Shown: positions 21,850 to 31,378 of the stretch, piece after piece
Numbering within the stretch: the stretch's first letter is position 1
Layout: the number at the start of each line of letters is the position of its first letter
Origin: an uncultured Pseudomonadota bacterium
GTDB taxonomy: Bacteria; Oederibacteriota; Muellerivitia; Muellerivitales; Muellerivitaceae
NCBI GenBank assembly: GCA_963843375.1
Contig: CAWJKT010000014.1
Span: forward strand, 64,001 to 128,000
Reading direction: 5' to 3'
DNA: 64,000 nucleotides
Notes under the pieces: model-generated
Told to the model about the DNA's origin: nothing
Seen by the model: only the letters and a program-made list of their open reading frames with translations
The model's database searches: none
Translations under genes and position numbers: made by a program

Positions 21850-22812
21850 ATGGGGATTCTGAAAAATCCAACCCTCCAAAAGGCCGTGGACTTCTTTCGC
21901 CCCTTACCCGAAGAAACCTATAGCTTCGGGGTATGTTTAGGTAGGCGGGAAATAAGCGTAATGGAAACCCTGGAGTTAGCGGATAAAGTCCAGGTTCGTT
22001 ATTTGGAAACCTTCCCTTTGCCTGTTCCTTTTTGGGTTGGATCTCCCCCGCCGGAGGCCCTTTCGGCCCTTGTCTCGGTATTGACTCCTCTTTTTCAAGA
22101 AAATGAAAATTACCGGACTCTCCAAGTTTCCCTCCCGGATCCCGTTGCGCATTGGGAAGTTTTTGAATTGGAGAAGATTCCCGTTAACGGAACACCCCTG
22201 GAGAAATTCCTCAACTGGAGGTTGAAATCGGACACTTTGGACAAGGCTTCCCTTGTCTTGGCCAGCCAGTATCTGGGCGAGGAAAAAGGAAAGAAACTGC
22301 TCTTGGGAGTGGCCCTGGACCGCGCTTGGCTTCAACTGGTCAGCAAGGCCTTTGAAGAGGCCAAGGCAAGGGTTTCCGTTCTCGACTTGGCCTCCCGGTT
22401 CAGGTTCAACTTGTTGCGCGATAACTTGCCCCCGAAAGTTCCAGGCGCTCTAGTCAGTCTGGAAAGTGATTATTGGACATTGTTGATTTGGGATGCCCAA
22501 GGCCGTCCACGCTTCCAAAGATCCAAATGGTGGAGGGTGCAAATTCGGGAACCCAAGAACCTCCCTTTATCCGAAATGGTTTTGGAAACGGAAAGAACCA
22601 TCCGTTCCTATGTGCATTCGGGCCCGGATCGTTCGGTGGAAAGTCTCTTGCTGGTTGCCCCGGAAGAATGGAAGGAAAGGGCCGTTCAAGTTTTCCAGAA
22701 ACCCACCGAAGGCAGGATCACCGGTCTATCTTTTAATAAGCTTTTTAAAGTTGAAGGTTCTTTCGAACCGGGTATTTCCCCCTCCCTTTTGGCCACGGCG
22801 GTAAGAAGATGA
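21850..22812 (+). CDS. PilM/GspL-like cytoplasmic alignment protein
   Basis: Position between the ATPase and pilN; size; VSLPDP motif. Confidence 0.55.
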   Translation: MGILKNPTLQKAVDFFRPLPEETYSFGVCLGRREISVMETLELADKVQVRYLETFPLPVPFWVGSPPPEALSALVSVLTPLFQENENYRTLQVSLPDPVAHWEVFELEKIPVNGTPLEKFLNWRLKSDTLDKASLVLASQYLGEEKGKKLLLGVALDRAWLQLVSKAFEEAKARVSVLDLASRFRFNLLRDNLPPKVPGALVSLESDYWTLLIWDAQGRPRFQRSKWWRVQIREPKNLPLSEMVLETERTIRSYVHSGPDRSVESLLLVAPEEWKERAVQVFQKPTEGRITGLSFNKLFKVEGSFEPGISPSLLATAVRR

Positions 22813-23354
22813 GGATTGAAACGAACTTTTCATTTCCCTTCCACCGGTGCCTTCCGGTGCTGGTGGGGCTTGGATGGGGAGGGGCTATTTTGGGACTGAT
22901 TCTGTTGATGGGCTTGATCTTGAATGGACTTCACCTGCGTCAGGATAACCCGCAACTGCAAAAAAAAATGGCCGAACTACAGAAAGAACCCGTGATGACC
23001 GTCTCCCAGGGTGACCTGCCTTCGGCGGAGGATATTTCGAACTTGCGCCGCCACTTGGAGGAATTAAACCGGCTTCAAGCCGGAGCCGGCCCCTCCGTGG
23101 CCGAGTTACTGGCGAAAATGGAAAAAATGACTCCTCCCACCGTGCGTTTGCTTAGCTTCCAAAGCGATCGGGAGAGCGGAGGGGTCCAATTGGTCGCGCA
23201 AGCTCAGAACCTGGACGTCTTGTCACGCTTTTTGGAAACATTGGAAAAGTCTGATATTTATTCCCGCGTGAACTTGGCCAAGCAGACGCAGGCCCAGGAT
23301 AGATCAGGCAATTGGATCCAATTTTCGGTTGATTTGACAGAGAGTCCGCTATGA
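22809..23354 (+). CDS. PilN-domain protein
   Basis: Single TM, coiled coil, TPPTVRLLSF...FLETLEKS; ATGA overlap with the upstream gene. Confidence 0.75.
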   Translation: MRIETNFSFPFHRCLPVLVGLGWGGAILGLILLMGLILNGLHLRQDNPQLQKKMAELQKEPVMTVSQGDLPSAEDISNLRRHLEELNRLQAGAGPSVAELLAKMEKMTPPTVRLLSFQSDRESGGVQLVAQAQNLDVLSRFLETLEKSDIYSRVNLAKQTQAQDRSGNWIQFSVDLTESPL

Positions 23355-23926
23355 TCCCCGTCCGATTATTTGGGGGATACCTCCAGGATGCCTGGAAACA
23401 TCCCAAACTCCAACGAGCTGCCTTGGCCGCTTCGGTCTTCGCTTTTTTGGATTTATTGATCCTGGTTGTGTTTTGGATGCCCGCAGCCTGGGGTCATTAC
23501 CAGTTGGAAAAGGCAATTGAGGAAAATCGCTCTGCCCGGTTGAAAGCCGCTCATTCCCGCGAAGCGGTCGAATCCTATGCCCGGCTTTCCCATTTGGCCG
23601 GAATATTTGAGGATAAATGGAAAACACCCGTAACCCAGGCCGGCTTGGTGGAATCGCTTACCCGATCCGCCACCAGACACCGGCTGAGAGTGCTTTCACA
23701 GAATTTCGACGTGAAAAATCTGCCCGATGGGGGCATGGTCTTTGAGCAAAATTTGTCTTTGTCCGGTAATTATGAATCCCTCCGGGACTTTCTGGGGGGG
23801 GTGGACGACTTGCCAAATTTGACGGTGGTACGTCAGGCGAGGCTGGAACGAGAGGGTGAGGCGGGAGCGAAGGTACGAGCCACGCTTCTGGTTTTGACCT
23901 ATCAGAAAAGTCCGGGAGGAACATGA
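23351..23926 (+). CDS. PilO/GspM-like protein
   Basis: Single TM, LSGNYESLRDFL motif; ATGA overlap. Confidence 0.72.
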   Translation: MIPVRLFGGYLQDAWKHPKLQRAALAASVFAFLDLLILVVFWMPAAWGHYQLEKAIEENRSARLKAAHSREAVESYARLSHLAGIFEDKWKTPVTQAGLVESLTRSATRHRLRVLSQNFDVKNLPDGGMVFEQNLSLSGNYESLRDFLGGVDDLPNLTVVRQARLEREGEAGAKVRATLLVLTYQKSPGGT

Positions 23927-24495
23927 TCATGTTCCGGAAAAAACCGGTTCTTTGGATTTCGGTGATCGGCATCCTGGCTTTATTGAACCTGGCCCGTTGG
24001 GTTCCGGTCCTATGGAAGGAGAACCTTTCAACTGGCCGGGAGGATTCGCAATGGCTGAAACTGGACTTTCCGGAACCGCTGAATACAGAGGACCAAAAGA
24101 TCCGGAGGGATTTGTTCGCCCTGGTGCCTTCGGGAAACACCCCCGTGAAACGGGTGGTTCGGGCGGCTGCGGAACCCACGCCGGCCGAAAGCCCCACCCC
24201 CTCATTTCCGGATGGGTCGGTTATGGAGGCGGCGGGAGGCTATCGGTTGATGGGCGTGGTTTCCCGGGAAGGCTTCAGCCAGGTCTTGATTGAACGGGGG
24301 ACCCAGCTGTTCCAAGCGGGACCGGGGGACAACCTGGAAGACCGTTACCAAATCCAATCCATTACTCAAGATGAAGTTTATTTGACTGAAAAGGCTACGG
24401 GGAACACGCTAAAGCTTCGAATTTGGGATTCAACCACAGCTTCTATTCCAGGCTCTCAAACCAACGGGGGTGTGACCATTCATGAACATGACTGA
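23923..24495 (+). CDS. PilP/GspC-like periplasmic protein
   Basis: N-terminal TM, RDLF, Pro-rich linker, YRLMGVV...GDNLEDRYQIQSI beta domain. Confidence 0.55.
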   Translation: MIMFRKKPVLWISVIGILALLNLARWVPVLWKENLSTGREDSQWLKLDFPEPLNTEDQKIRRDLFALVPSGNTPVKRVVRAAAEPTPAESPTPSFPDGSVMEAAGGYRLMGVVSREGFSQVLIERGTQLFQAGPGDNLEDRYQIQSITQDEVYLTEKATGNTLKLRIWDSTTASIPGSQTNGGVTIHEHD

Positions 24496-26794
24496 ACCAA
24501 GATTGCCTCGAAGCCTGTTTTTCAAGGATTCTGGAATTCCGCTCCCGTTGCGTTTGGGCGGCCTTTTACTGATGGTAACTCTGGCCGGCGGATGCGCATC
24601 CCTGCCCAAGCCCGAAAACCACGTTAGTAAAGCCGAATGGATAAAGGCGGTGCAGGAATATCGCAAGCAATACACCGAAAACCCGACTGACTATGAGATC
24701 AAGATGAAATTGGAAGAGGCCGAATTGAACGCCGCCGAGGCCTTTTATGAAGACGGCATGGCCCTGGAGAAAAAGGGCGGTTTGGACGACGCCATTTACC
24801 AGTTCCGCGAGGGCCTTTCGGCGATGCCCGACAACGAGAAGATCGCTAACGCCCTCAAGAATGCCTTGGAACAGAAAGAAGCCAATACCTTTTACGAACA
24901 GGCTGTGGATTTGGACAAGGCCGGAAAGGAGGAAGATGCCAAGAACCTCTTGACTCAGGCTCTGGAAGCAGACCCGGACCAAGAGGGCGCGAAGGCACTT
25001 TTGGAAAAAATCAAGTCCGAGTTGCCCGAGGCCACGGGAGGCTTGGTCTTCACATCCAGGGAGCCTGTATCCCTGCACTTCAACCATACAGATCTTAAGG
25101 CGGCTTTTGATTTCATCGGAAGAGATTTCGGCATCAACGTTCTTTTTGACGGGGACCTGAAGGAACAAACCGTGACCCTCTCCGCCGAAAACGTGACCTT
25201 CGACCAAGCCTTGGACTTGATCCTCCACACCACCCAGACTTTTTCCAAACCCGTGGGTCCCAATTCCATCCTCGTGGCCGACGACACCCCGGAAAAGCAT
25301 GCCCAATACGACGACCTTCTTATCAAGAATATCCAGCTCAATTCGGTCCGAGCCCCCGATATGGCGAACCTGCTGAAAAGCATCATCGACTTGAAGCACG
25401 TGGTTGTGAACGAGCAGTTGAATACTCTCACGATCCGCGACACGGCGGACAAGCTGAAGCTAGCCCAGGAAATTATCGAGGCCAATGACCGTCCGCCCGC
25501 CGAGGTGCTTTTAGACGTGGAAATTTTGGAGGTCGACCGTACAAAGGCTGAACAACTGGGCATGGATTACGGCCAGTTCGTACAATTCTCCCCGCCTTAC
25601 TATACAACCTTATCCAATGTGACCGGGGGGAACCTGGCTAGCACACTGGGGCAGGTAAGTTTAACTTTGCCCACCCTCACCCTGAATTACTTCAAGCAAG
25701 ACGTGGACGCCAAGACCTTGGCCCATCCCCAAATCCGAACCTTGGACAGCAAGGAGGCCAAGATCCATATTGGCGACCGTGTGCCTTTGGCCTCGGCTAA
25801 TATCCAACCCACCAATGGCGGGGTTTTGCAAACCACCTATACCTACAGCGACATCGGGGTTCTGCTCGATATCCTTCCCGTCATCAACCTGGACCGCACC
25901 GTGCAGGTGAAACTCTCTCTTGAAGTCAGTTCACTGGGCCCCAACATCGGCACGAGCGGAACTCCCGCCTATGAGATCCTCACCCGGGATGCGGACAGCA
26001 CCATGTTGCTTCACGACGGGGAATCGGCCGTACTTGGAGGGCTGATCCAGGATAACGACTCCAAAACCCACAACCATCTTCCCATTATTGGGGATTTCCC
26101 GATCCTGGGGGATTATCTTGCTGGTAACGTCAACAATTCCGACAGCCGAACAGACGTCCTTTTAACCATCACGCCCCATATCGTCCGAGATTGGAATTTT
26201 CCCCACAAGGAACTGCAGGAAGTTTATTCGGGAACACAAAACAGCCTTTCCAGCAAGCCCCTGTTCAGCCTTTTCCAGCAAAAAGCCGCTGGAGGAGGGA
26301 CTCCCAAGATTGCCCTGGGTCCAGGCTCCACCGAGAGCGCTCAACCCCCACCGCAAGGAACACCCGTTCCGATATTCTCGGGGGTAATGGCAAATGGGGG
26401 TGTGGCCTTTTCCTTCGACCAGTCCCAATATGAGGCCGGCCTTGGGCAACCCGTTGAACTGAAGCTATATGGAGAAAACCTGGGCAAACTCAAAAACTTT
26501 CCGCTGGCCGTGGCTTTCAACGCCAGTTACCTGAAATTCGCTTCCGCCAAGCCGGGTTCGGCGGCGGTGGAAAAGGTGGAATCCGATTCGGATGAAAAGC
26601 ACGGTATGGTCCGGATGAACCTTACCCTTAAACCCGACCAGATCGGTACGGGCCCAACTGAGTTGGCCGATCTTGAGCTCAATGGTTATACCCCTGGTAT
26701 TTCCTATTTGATTTTTCTAAATCCAACATTCAAGGACGAGAATGGAAATGATATCCAAGCACAGGCCCATGCCTCCCGCATTGTGGTCAAATAA
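24482..26794 (+). CDS. gspD: Secretin (GspD family) with lipobox, N-terminal TPRs and a C-terminal cohesin-like domain
   Basis: LAGGC lipobox; TPR helices; EVLLDVEILEV, LAHPQIRT...IHIGDRVP, LGGLI, LLTITPHIVR; C-terminal beta-sandwich. Confidence 0.9.
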   Translation: MNMTEPRLPRSLFFKDSGIPLPLRLGGLLLMVTLAGGCASLPKPENHVSKAEWIKAVQEYRKQYTENPTDYEIKMKLEEAELNAAEAFYEDGMALEKKGGLDDAIYQFREGLSAMPDNEKIANALKNALEQKEANTFYEQAVDLDKAGKEEDAKNLLTQALEADPDQEGAKALLEKIKSELPEATGGLVFTSREPVSLHFNHTDLKAAFDFIGRDFGINVLFDGDLKEQTVTLSAENVTFDQALDLILHTTQTFSKPVGPNSILVADDTPEKHAQYDDLLIKNIQLNSVRAPDMANLLKSIIDLKHVVVNEQLNTLTIRDTADKLKLAQEIIEANDRPPAEVLLDVEILEVDRTKAEQLGMDYGQFVQFSPPYYTTLSNVTGGNLASTLGQVSLTLPTLTLNYFKQDVDAKTLAHPQIRTLDSKEAKIHIGDRVPLASANIQPTNGGVLQTTYTYSDIGVLLDILPVINLDRTVQVKLSLEVSSLGPNIGTSGTPAYEILTRDADSTMLLHDGESAVLGGLIQDNDSKTHNHLPIIGDFPILGDYLAGNVNNSDSRTDVLLTITPHIVRDWNFPHKELQEVYSGTQNSLSSKPLFSLFQQKAAGGGTPKIALGPGSTESAQPPPQGTPVPIFSGVMANGGVAFSFDQSQYEAGLGQPVELKLYGENLGKLKNFPLAVAFNASYLKFASAKPGSAAVEKVESDSDEKHGMVRMNLTLKPDQIGTGPTELADLELNGYTPGISYLIFLNPTFKDENGNDIQAQAHASRIVVK

Positions 26795-27284
26795 AAGTTT
26801 CCGCCGCCAGGATGAGCGGGGTTTCAGCCTTGTGGAAATGCTGGTGGTCTTGTCCATCCTCTCCATTCTGGTGGCAGTCACCCTACCCTATGCCGAAACC
26901 ACTGTTCGGCGTGACAAGGAATTGGAATTGCGCCGGGATTTAAGGCAGATGCGCACCGCCATCGACCGGTTCCATGAAGATTGGCAAAACGGGGTCATCC
27001 CGAAATTAGGGTCAGACACCAGTGACGACGGTTTTCCCAAGAACCTGGAGGTCCTGGTGGAAGGGGTGGAAAAAAGCGGCCCCAAGCCGGTTAAACAAAA
27101 ATACCTCCGGCGAATTCCCGAAAACCCCTTCGGCGACAAAGATCTTCCTCCCGACCAGCAGTGGGGGTTGCACAGTTATGACGACCAGCCGGACTTCACA
27201 CAATGGGGGGGAGAGGACGTCTACGATGTATATTGCCTCGGGGATGAGAAAGCCTTGGACGGGAGTTATTACCATGATTGGTAA
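26742..27284 (+). CDS. Pseudopilin (prepilin N-methylation domain); true start uncertain
   Basis: G-FSLVEMLVVL cleavage motif; KELELRRDLRQMRTAID; YLRRIPENP. Confidence 0.85.
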   Translation: MEMISKHRPMPPALWSNKSFRRQDERGFSLVEMLVVLSILSILVAVTLPYAETTVRRDKELELRRDLRQMRTAIDRFHEDWQNGVIPKLGSDTSDDGFPKNLEVLVEGVEKSGPKPVKQKYLRRIPENPFGDKDLPPDQQWGLHSYDDQPDFTQWGGEDVYDVYCLGDEKALDGSYYHDW

Positions 27285-27675
27285 CTGGAAAAGGAATCTT
27301 TTTTCTGACGACGGCTTCACCTTCATCGAATTGTTGATTGTCCTGGCCATCATGGCCCTTTTGTCTAGCCTGGTGGTCTCAGTTTCCATGGGGAAAATCA
27401 GGCAGTCCAAGGAATCGGCCCTGAAAGAAAACCTTTATAATATGAGGAAGGCGATTGATGATTTTTATGCGGATAAGGGTAAGTACCCGGTAAAACTAGA
27501 GGATTTGGTTGAGAATCATTACATTCGCTCGATCCCCGTGGACCCCTTGACCGAAAGCGAAGCCACTTGGCAGACGGTGATTTCCCAAGATCCGACCCAA
27601 AAGGGAGGGATCGTGGACATCCATAGCGGATCCCAGGAGAAAACAAATGATGGAAAGTCCTACAACGAATGGTGA
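27274..27675 (+). CDS. Pseudopilin (GspG-like)
   Basis: ATG 27274; G-FTFIELLIVL; KESALKENL...AIDDFYADKGKYP; YIRSIPVDP. Confidence 0.87.
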   Translation: MIGNWKRNLFSDDGFTFIELLIVLAIMALLSSLVVSVSMGKIRQSKESALKENLYNMRKAIDDFYADKGKYPVKLEDLVENHYIRSIPVDPLTESEATWQTVISQDPTQKGGIVDIHSGSQEKTNDGKSYNEW

Positions 27676-27685
27676 GGGGGGGATT

Positions 27686-28165
27686 TTGAACTTTAAGAAA
27701 TCAGCTTTAAGGCCGAGGAATAAACGGCATGGGGGATTAAAACCTTTGACCCAATCTGGTTTCACCCTGATTGAGCTATTGATTGTCCTGGTCATCCTAT
27801 CCCTTTTGGCCGCCCTAGTGGGCCCTGCCCTGGTTGAAAGGCTCAAACCGGCCAAACGTACGGCTGCCCAAGCCCAGATCGAAGAGTTCATGGCCGCATT
27901 GGATAATTATTATGTGGATGTGGGACGCTACCCCACCATAGAGGAAGGCCTGCAGGCATTACGTGAAAAACCCTCTTCAGCTAAGAAGTGGGATGGACCC
28001 TATCTGAAAAAGGAAATCCCCTTGGACCCTTGGGGAAACCCCTACGTCTACAGGGCACCTGGCCGCAATGGGGGATATGAGATTGTTTCCTATGGTGCCG
28101 ATGGGAAAGAAGGGGGTGAGGGAGATAATACCGATATTAATAGCTGGGAAAGCACGAAAAAATAA
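27686..28165 (+). CDS. gspG: Major pseudopilin GspG
   Basis: G-FTLIELLIVL, DVGRYPT, WDGPYL, DPWGNPYVY, SYGADGKEGGEG; TTG 27686 after a G-rich RBS (ORF is open from 27647). Confidence 0.92.
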   Translation: MNFKKSALRPRNKRHGGLKPLTQSGFTLIELLIVLVILSLLAALVGPALVERLKPAKRTAAQAQIEEFMAALDNYYVDVGRYPTIEEGLQALREKPSSAKKWDGPYLKKEIPLDPWGNPYVYRAPGRNGGYEIVSYGADGKEGGEGDNTDINSWESTKK

Positions 28166-28238
28166 AAAGCTCTTCGAAGGAGCATTGGGAAACCCAAGAA
28201 AATGAATATAAAAACGATCACGAATCCTTTTTGGTGAT

Positions 28239-28757
28239 TTGAATGTGAAAAAATTAAATGAAAATGGCTATGCATATGTGATGGTTCTGGCGGCGGTAGT
28301 GGTTTTGGCTATTCTGGCAGAGACGGCCGCCATTTTTACTTCTTACGAAGTTCGACATGACCGCGAGGAAGAACTGTTGTTCCGCGGTTATGCTTATGAA
28401 AGGGCCATTCAAAGTTATTACCTGTCAAAACAACCCGGAATGACGCCCGCTTTTCCGCGTCAATTGGAAGATCTTCTATTGGATCCGAGATTCGTCCATC
28501 AAAGGCATTTGAGGGCACTGTACCCAGATCCCATGGGGGTGGGGTGGAATCTGGTGAAGGCTTCGGACGGTGGGATAGCGGGTGTGGCCAGCCAATGTGA
28601 TGAAAAGCCAATGAAGCAGGATAATTTTCCTAACATTTTCATCAATTTTACCGGAGCCCAGCATTATTCCGATTGGATTTTCCTTTACCAGCCGGGTTCC
28701 TCGACTTTGCCGGGGCAACCAACCAATACTTCTTCTTGGTCTAACTCCAACCTTTAA
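28239..28757 (+). CDS. Atypical minor pseudopilin lacking Glu5
   Basis: G-YAYVMVL hydrophobic helix; REEELLFRG; LEDLLLDPR; RHLRALYPDPM. Confidence 0.7.
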   Translation: MNVKKLNENGYAYVMVLAAVVVLAILAETAAIFTSYEVRHDREEELLFRGYAYERAIQSYYLSKQPGMTPAFPRQLEDLLLDPRFVHQRHLRALYPDPMGVGWNLVKASDGGIAGVASQCDEKPMKQDNFPNIFINFTGAQHYSDWIFLYQPGSSTLPGQPTNTSSWSNSNL

Positions 28758-28821
28758 TACGCCTTGGTTTGCATTGATAATTAGTAGGCGTTTTTAGGTA
28801 TAATCTTCGAAAGGATTTGGC

Positions 28822-29081
28822 TTGAGCAACAAACGAAAACTATTGACGCAAATCCTTAGTGGCCGTGCCGATGCAAATGTTCATTTTAATGAATTGGTTA
28901 ATTTGTTATTGGCCCTTGGATTCAGGGAACGAATTAAAAGTAGTCACCCATTTTCACGAAGACTGGGGTTGAAGAAATTAACAATCTTAAACCCAGTGGT
29001 GGTAAAGCTAAGCCTTACCAAGTTAAACAGTTAAGGGTTTTGATTGTGAAGTATCAGTTGGGAGGACTGCTCGATGACTAA
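28822..29081 (+). pseudogene. hicA: HicA-family toxin, frameshifted near 28948
   Basis: KLLTQILSG...LGFRERIKSSH, then shifted frame IFTKTGVEEINNLKPSGGKAKPYQVKQLR...; stop at 29081 overlaps the hicB start. Confidence 0.75.
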
Positions 29082-29292
29082 CAGTAAATACGAAGTGATT
29101 ATCTACTGGAGCAAAGAAGATAAGGCTTATTTGGCGGAAGTGCCAGAGCTTCCCGGCTGTATGGCGGATGGGGAGACTTATGAGAAGGCGCTTAAAAACG
29201 TCCAAGTAATCATCAAAGAATGGATCGAAACGGCCCGAAAAGAACACCGTGCGATCCCGGAACCAAAAGGACGGAAGTTGGTATTTGCCTAG
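29074..29292 (+). CDS. hicB: HicB-family antitoxin (short form)
   Basis: YWSKEDKAYLAEVPELPGCMADGETYEKAL...IPEP. Confidence 0.9.
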   Translation: MTNSKYEVIIYWSKEDKAYLAEVPELPGCMADGETYEKALKNVQVIIKEWIETARKEHRAIPEPKGRKLVFA

Positions 29293-29494
29293 GGTTGTTT
29301 TTGCGTCGAGTTAGGGAAAACCAACAAAAAAGATTACCCTAACAGTTTAATAAAATATAAACTTCGCATAGACAAGATAGGGCTTTTGCGGGTTCTTTTT
29401 ATGTCTGATCAAACAGTCGTACTTATACGCGGATTTTATCTTTTTTATTAGCCTTTTCTAACCGGTTATAAGGTTGAATGGAAAGGTGTTGACG

Positions 29495-29523
29495 TTGACA
29501 GTGCTAATCCATATCCCTATCAT
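29495..29523 (+). promoter_or_regulatory. Sigma70 promoter upstream of the FmdB-like gene
   Basis: TTGACA (29495-29500), 17 bp, TATCAT (29518-29523). Confidence 0.65.
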
Positions 29524-29555
29524 TAATTCAAATTACCGATTTGGAGCGATTTTCG

Positions 29556-29855
29556 ATGCCAACTTATGAATATTCCTGTGATAAATGCGGTCCTTTTGAG
29601 ATTTGGCAATCCATCAAGGACAACGCCCTTGGGGTATGTCCCACCTGTGGTTCAAAGGTACAACGCTTGATTTCGGCTAACGTTGGGTTTGTCTTCAAAG
29701 GATCCGGTTTTTACCAAAATGATTATAAGAATACTTCCGCTGCCCCGGTTAAGGCGCCCAGCCCCGTCAAAGTGGAGGAGAAACCTAAGGGTGATATAGC
29801 TTCCGGTTGTGGTACTTGTGGGAGTCCCGACCCTTGTCCTTCGGGAAACAATTAA
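29556..29855 (+). CDS. FmdB-family zinc-ribbon protein
   Basis: MPTYEYSCDKCG...CPTCG...GFVFKGSGFY; extra C-terminal CGTC...C. Confidence 0.88.
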   Translation: MPTYEYSCDKCGPFEIWQSIKDNALGVCPTCGSKVQRLISANVGFVFKGSGFYQNDYKNTSAAPVKAPSPVKVEEKPKGDIASGCGTCGSPDPCPSGNN

Positions 29856-29870
29856 CAAAAGGAGCGGACC

Positions 29871-30053
29871 TTGGCGCCAGGATGGATTGTGGGGATTATC
29901 GTAGGTTATGTGTTGTTTAACCTGGGTCTTTGGAAATCCGACTCCACTCCTAAGCCTCAGGATACCCTTTGGGCCTTGGTTATGCTGGGCGGCACCATTC
30001 TGATGTTTCTCTCGGTTTTACTTTGGGCCGTGCCCGGTTTTTTCGGTTCGTAA
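29871..30053 (+). CDS. Small two-TM hypothetical protein
   Basis: AAGGAG RBS before TTG; two hydrophobic segments; fills the gap between neighbours. Confidence 0.5.
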   Translation: MAPGWIVGIIVGYVLFNLGLWKSDSTPKPQDTLWALVMLGGTILMFLSVLLWAVPGFFGS

Positions 30054-30077
30054 TCCACAACTGGAAGGTTTTTGGAA

Positions 30078-30425
30078 ATGAAAGAGCTTATCACCGAAGA
30101 ACAGGCCAACCTGATCATCCTTCTATTGTCCATCGCGGTGAGCTTGATAAGTGTGGGGTTTGGTTTTTATCAATCCTCGAAAGTGGAAAAGAGTAAAAAG
30201 AAACTTCATTGGATTAATAGTTTATTGTGCGCGCTGGTAGGTCCGGTGATTTGGATTTTTTGGGAAATCTATAATTCCATTGAAAATTATTATGGCTTGG
30301 ATTCTTTAAAAGCTCTTGAAATCAATTTTTTTATTGCGATCGGGATTGGGGCCGCTTTTTTTGTCTTGTTTTACTTCGTTCCAAGTTGGGTTCTGGAAAA
30401 ATCTGCGGCCAAGCGCTTGAAGTGA
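30078..30425 (+). CDS. Three-TM hypothetical membrane protein
   Basis: Three hydrophobic segments; co-directional with neighbours. Confidence 0.65.
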   Translation: MKELITEEQANLIILLLSIAVSLISVGFGFYQSSKVEKSKKKLHWINSLLCALVGPVIWIFWEIYNSIENYYGLDSLKALEINFFIAIGIGAAFFVLFYFVPSWVLEKSAAKRLK

Positions 30426-30495
30426 TACCTGCTGGCAGTCCGCGGATTGCAACTCGGGACCAGCCCAAAAAACAAGTCCAAACGTCTAAAAACTA

Positions 30496-31378
30496 ATGAA
30501 CAAATCAGATCCGTTATCCATTTTAAAAGAAGTTCGCCGCCTGGAAATCGTCACGCGTGGCGCGGTTGATACCCTTTTAAAAGGCTCCTATAAAAGCACC
30601 TTTCGGGGCCGGGGCTTGGAATTCAACCAAGTCCGGGAATATACCCCCGAGGATGATTTCCGCACCATTGATTGGAACGTTACGGCCCGTTTAAACGCTC
30701 CCTTTGTTAAGACCTATATTGAGGAAAGGGAACTCCAGGTTTTCGTGGCTATCGATCTCTCCGCCTCTCTTTGGCATGGGACGGGGCCTCTGAGCAAAAG
30801 AGAAACGGCTTTGCGGCTTTGCGCGGTTCTCGCTTTCGCCGCGGTTCAACACCAGGATCGGGTTGGACTTTTGGTTTTCACCGACCGGGTGGAGTATTTC
30901 GTTCCTCCCAAAAGGGGAAAATCCGCCATCATGGGAGCTCTTCGGGACTTGGTGGCTTTTAAACCTATCGGCAAGAAGACGAACTACAAACCGGCTTTTC
31001 AAATGCTCACCAAGGTTCTCAAGCGCCGAAGCGTTCTTATGGTGATTTCGGATTTTACGGAAGCCCTTCCCATGGAAGCCGCTTCGGTTCTGGCTCGACG
31101 ACATGACCTTATGGCCGCCGTGGTGAGGGATCCGCTGGAAAAGGATTTCAAATTGCCCGCCCGATTGGCGGTCCATGACCCGGAAACGGGAAGAATGGGT
31201 TATCTTTCCCCCGGTTCCAGGATTGCTTTTCAAAAAGCCGACCAGTTCCGAGAAAGCCAATTGAGGGCTTTAATCGCCAAGGGCGCGGATATTCTGGACC
31301 TGACCGCAGGCCAAAACGTAATTCCTCTGCCTGGTCCAATTTTTTCGTAAACGTCAAGAACGGATGGGGCGACGATGA
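30496..31378 (+). CDS. DUF58 protein (MoxR-associated); apparent frameshift near 31330 shortens the C-terminus
   Basis: FRGRGLEFNQVREY, IDWNVTAR, EERE, DLSAS, ISDF; the shifted frame LVQFFRKRQERMGRR ends at TGA 31378, overlapping the next ATG. Confidence 0.88.

Noticed and set aside
27022..27273. Long N-terminal extension of the second pseudopilin
   Set aside because: Overlaps the upstream pseudopilin; ATG 27274 gives a normal short leader peptide
29499..29507. Second CIRCE element upstream of the FmdB-like gene
   Set aside because: Only a right-arm-like CAGTGCTAA; the left arm is missing at the required spacing
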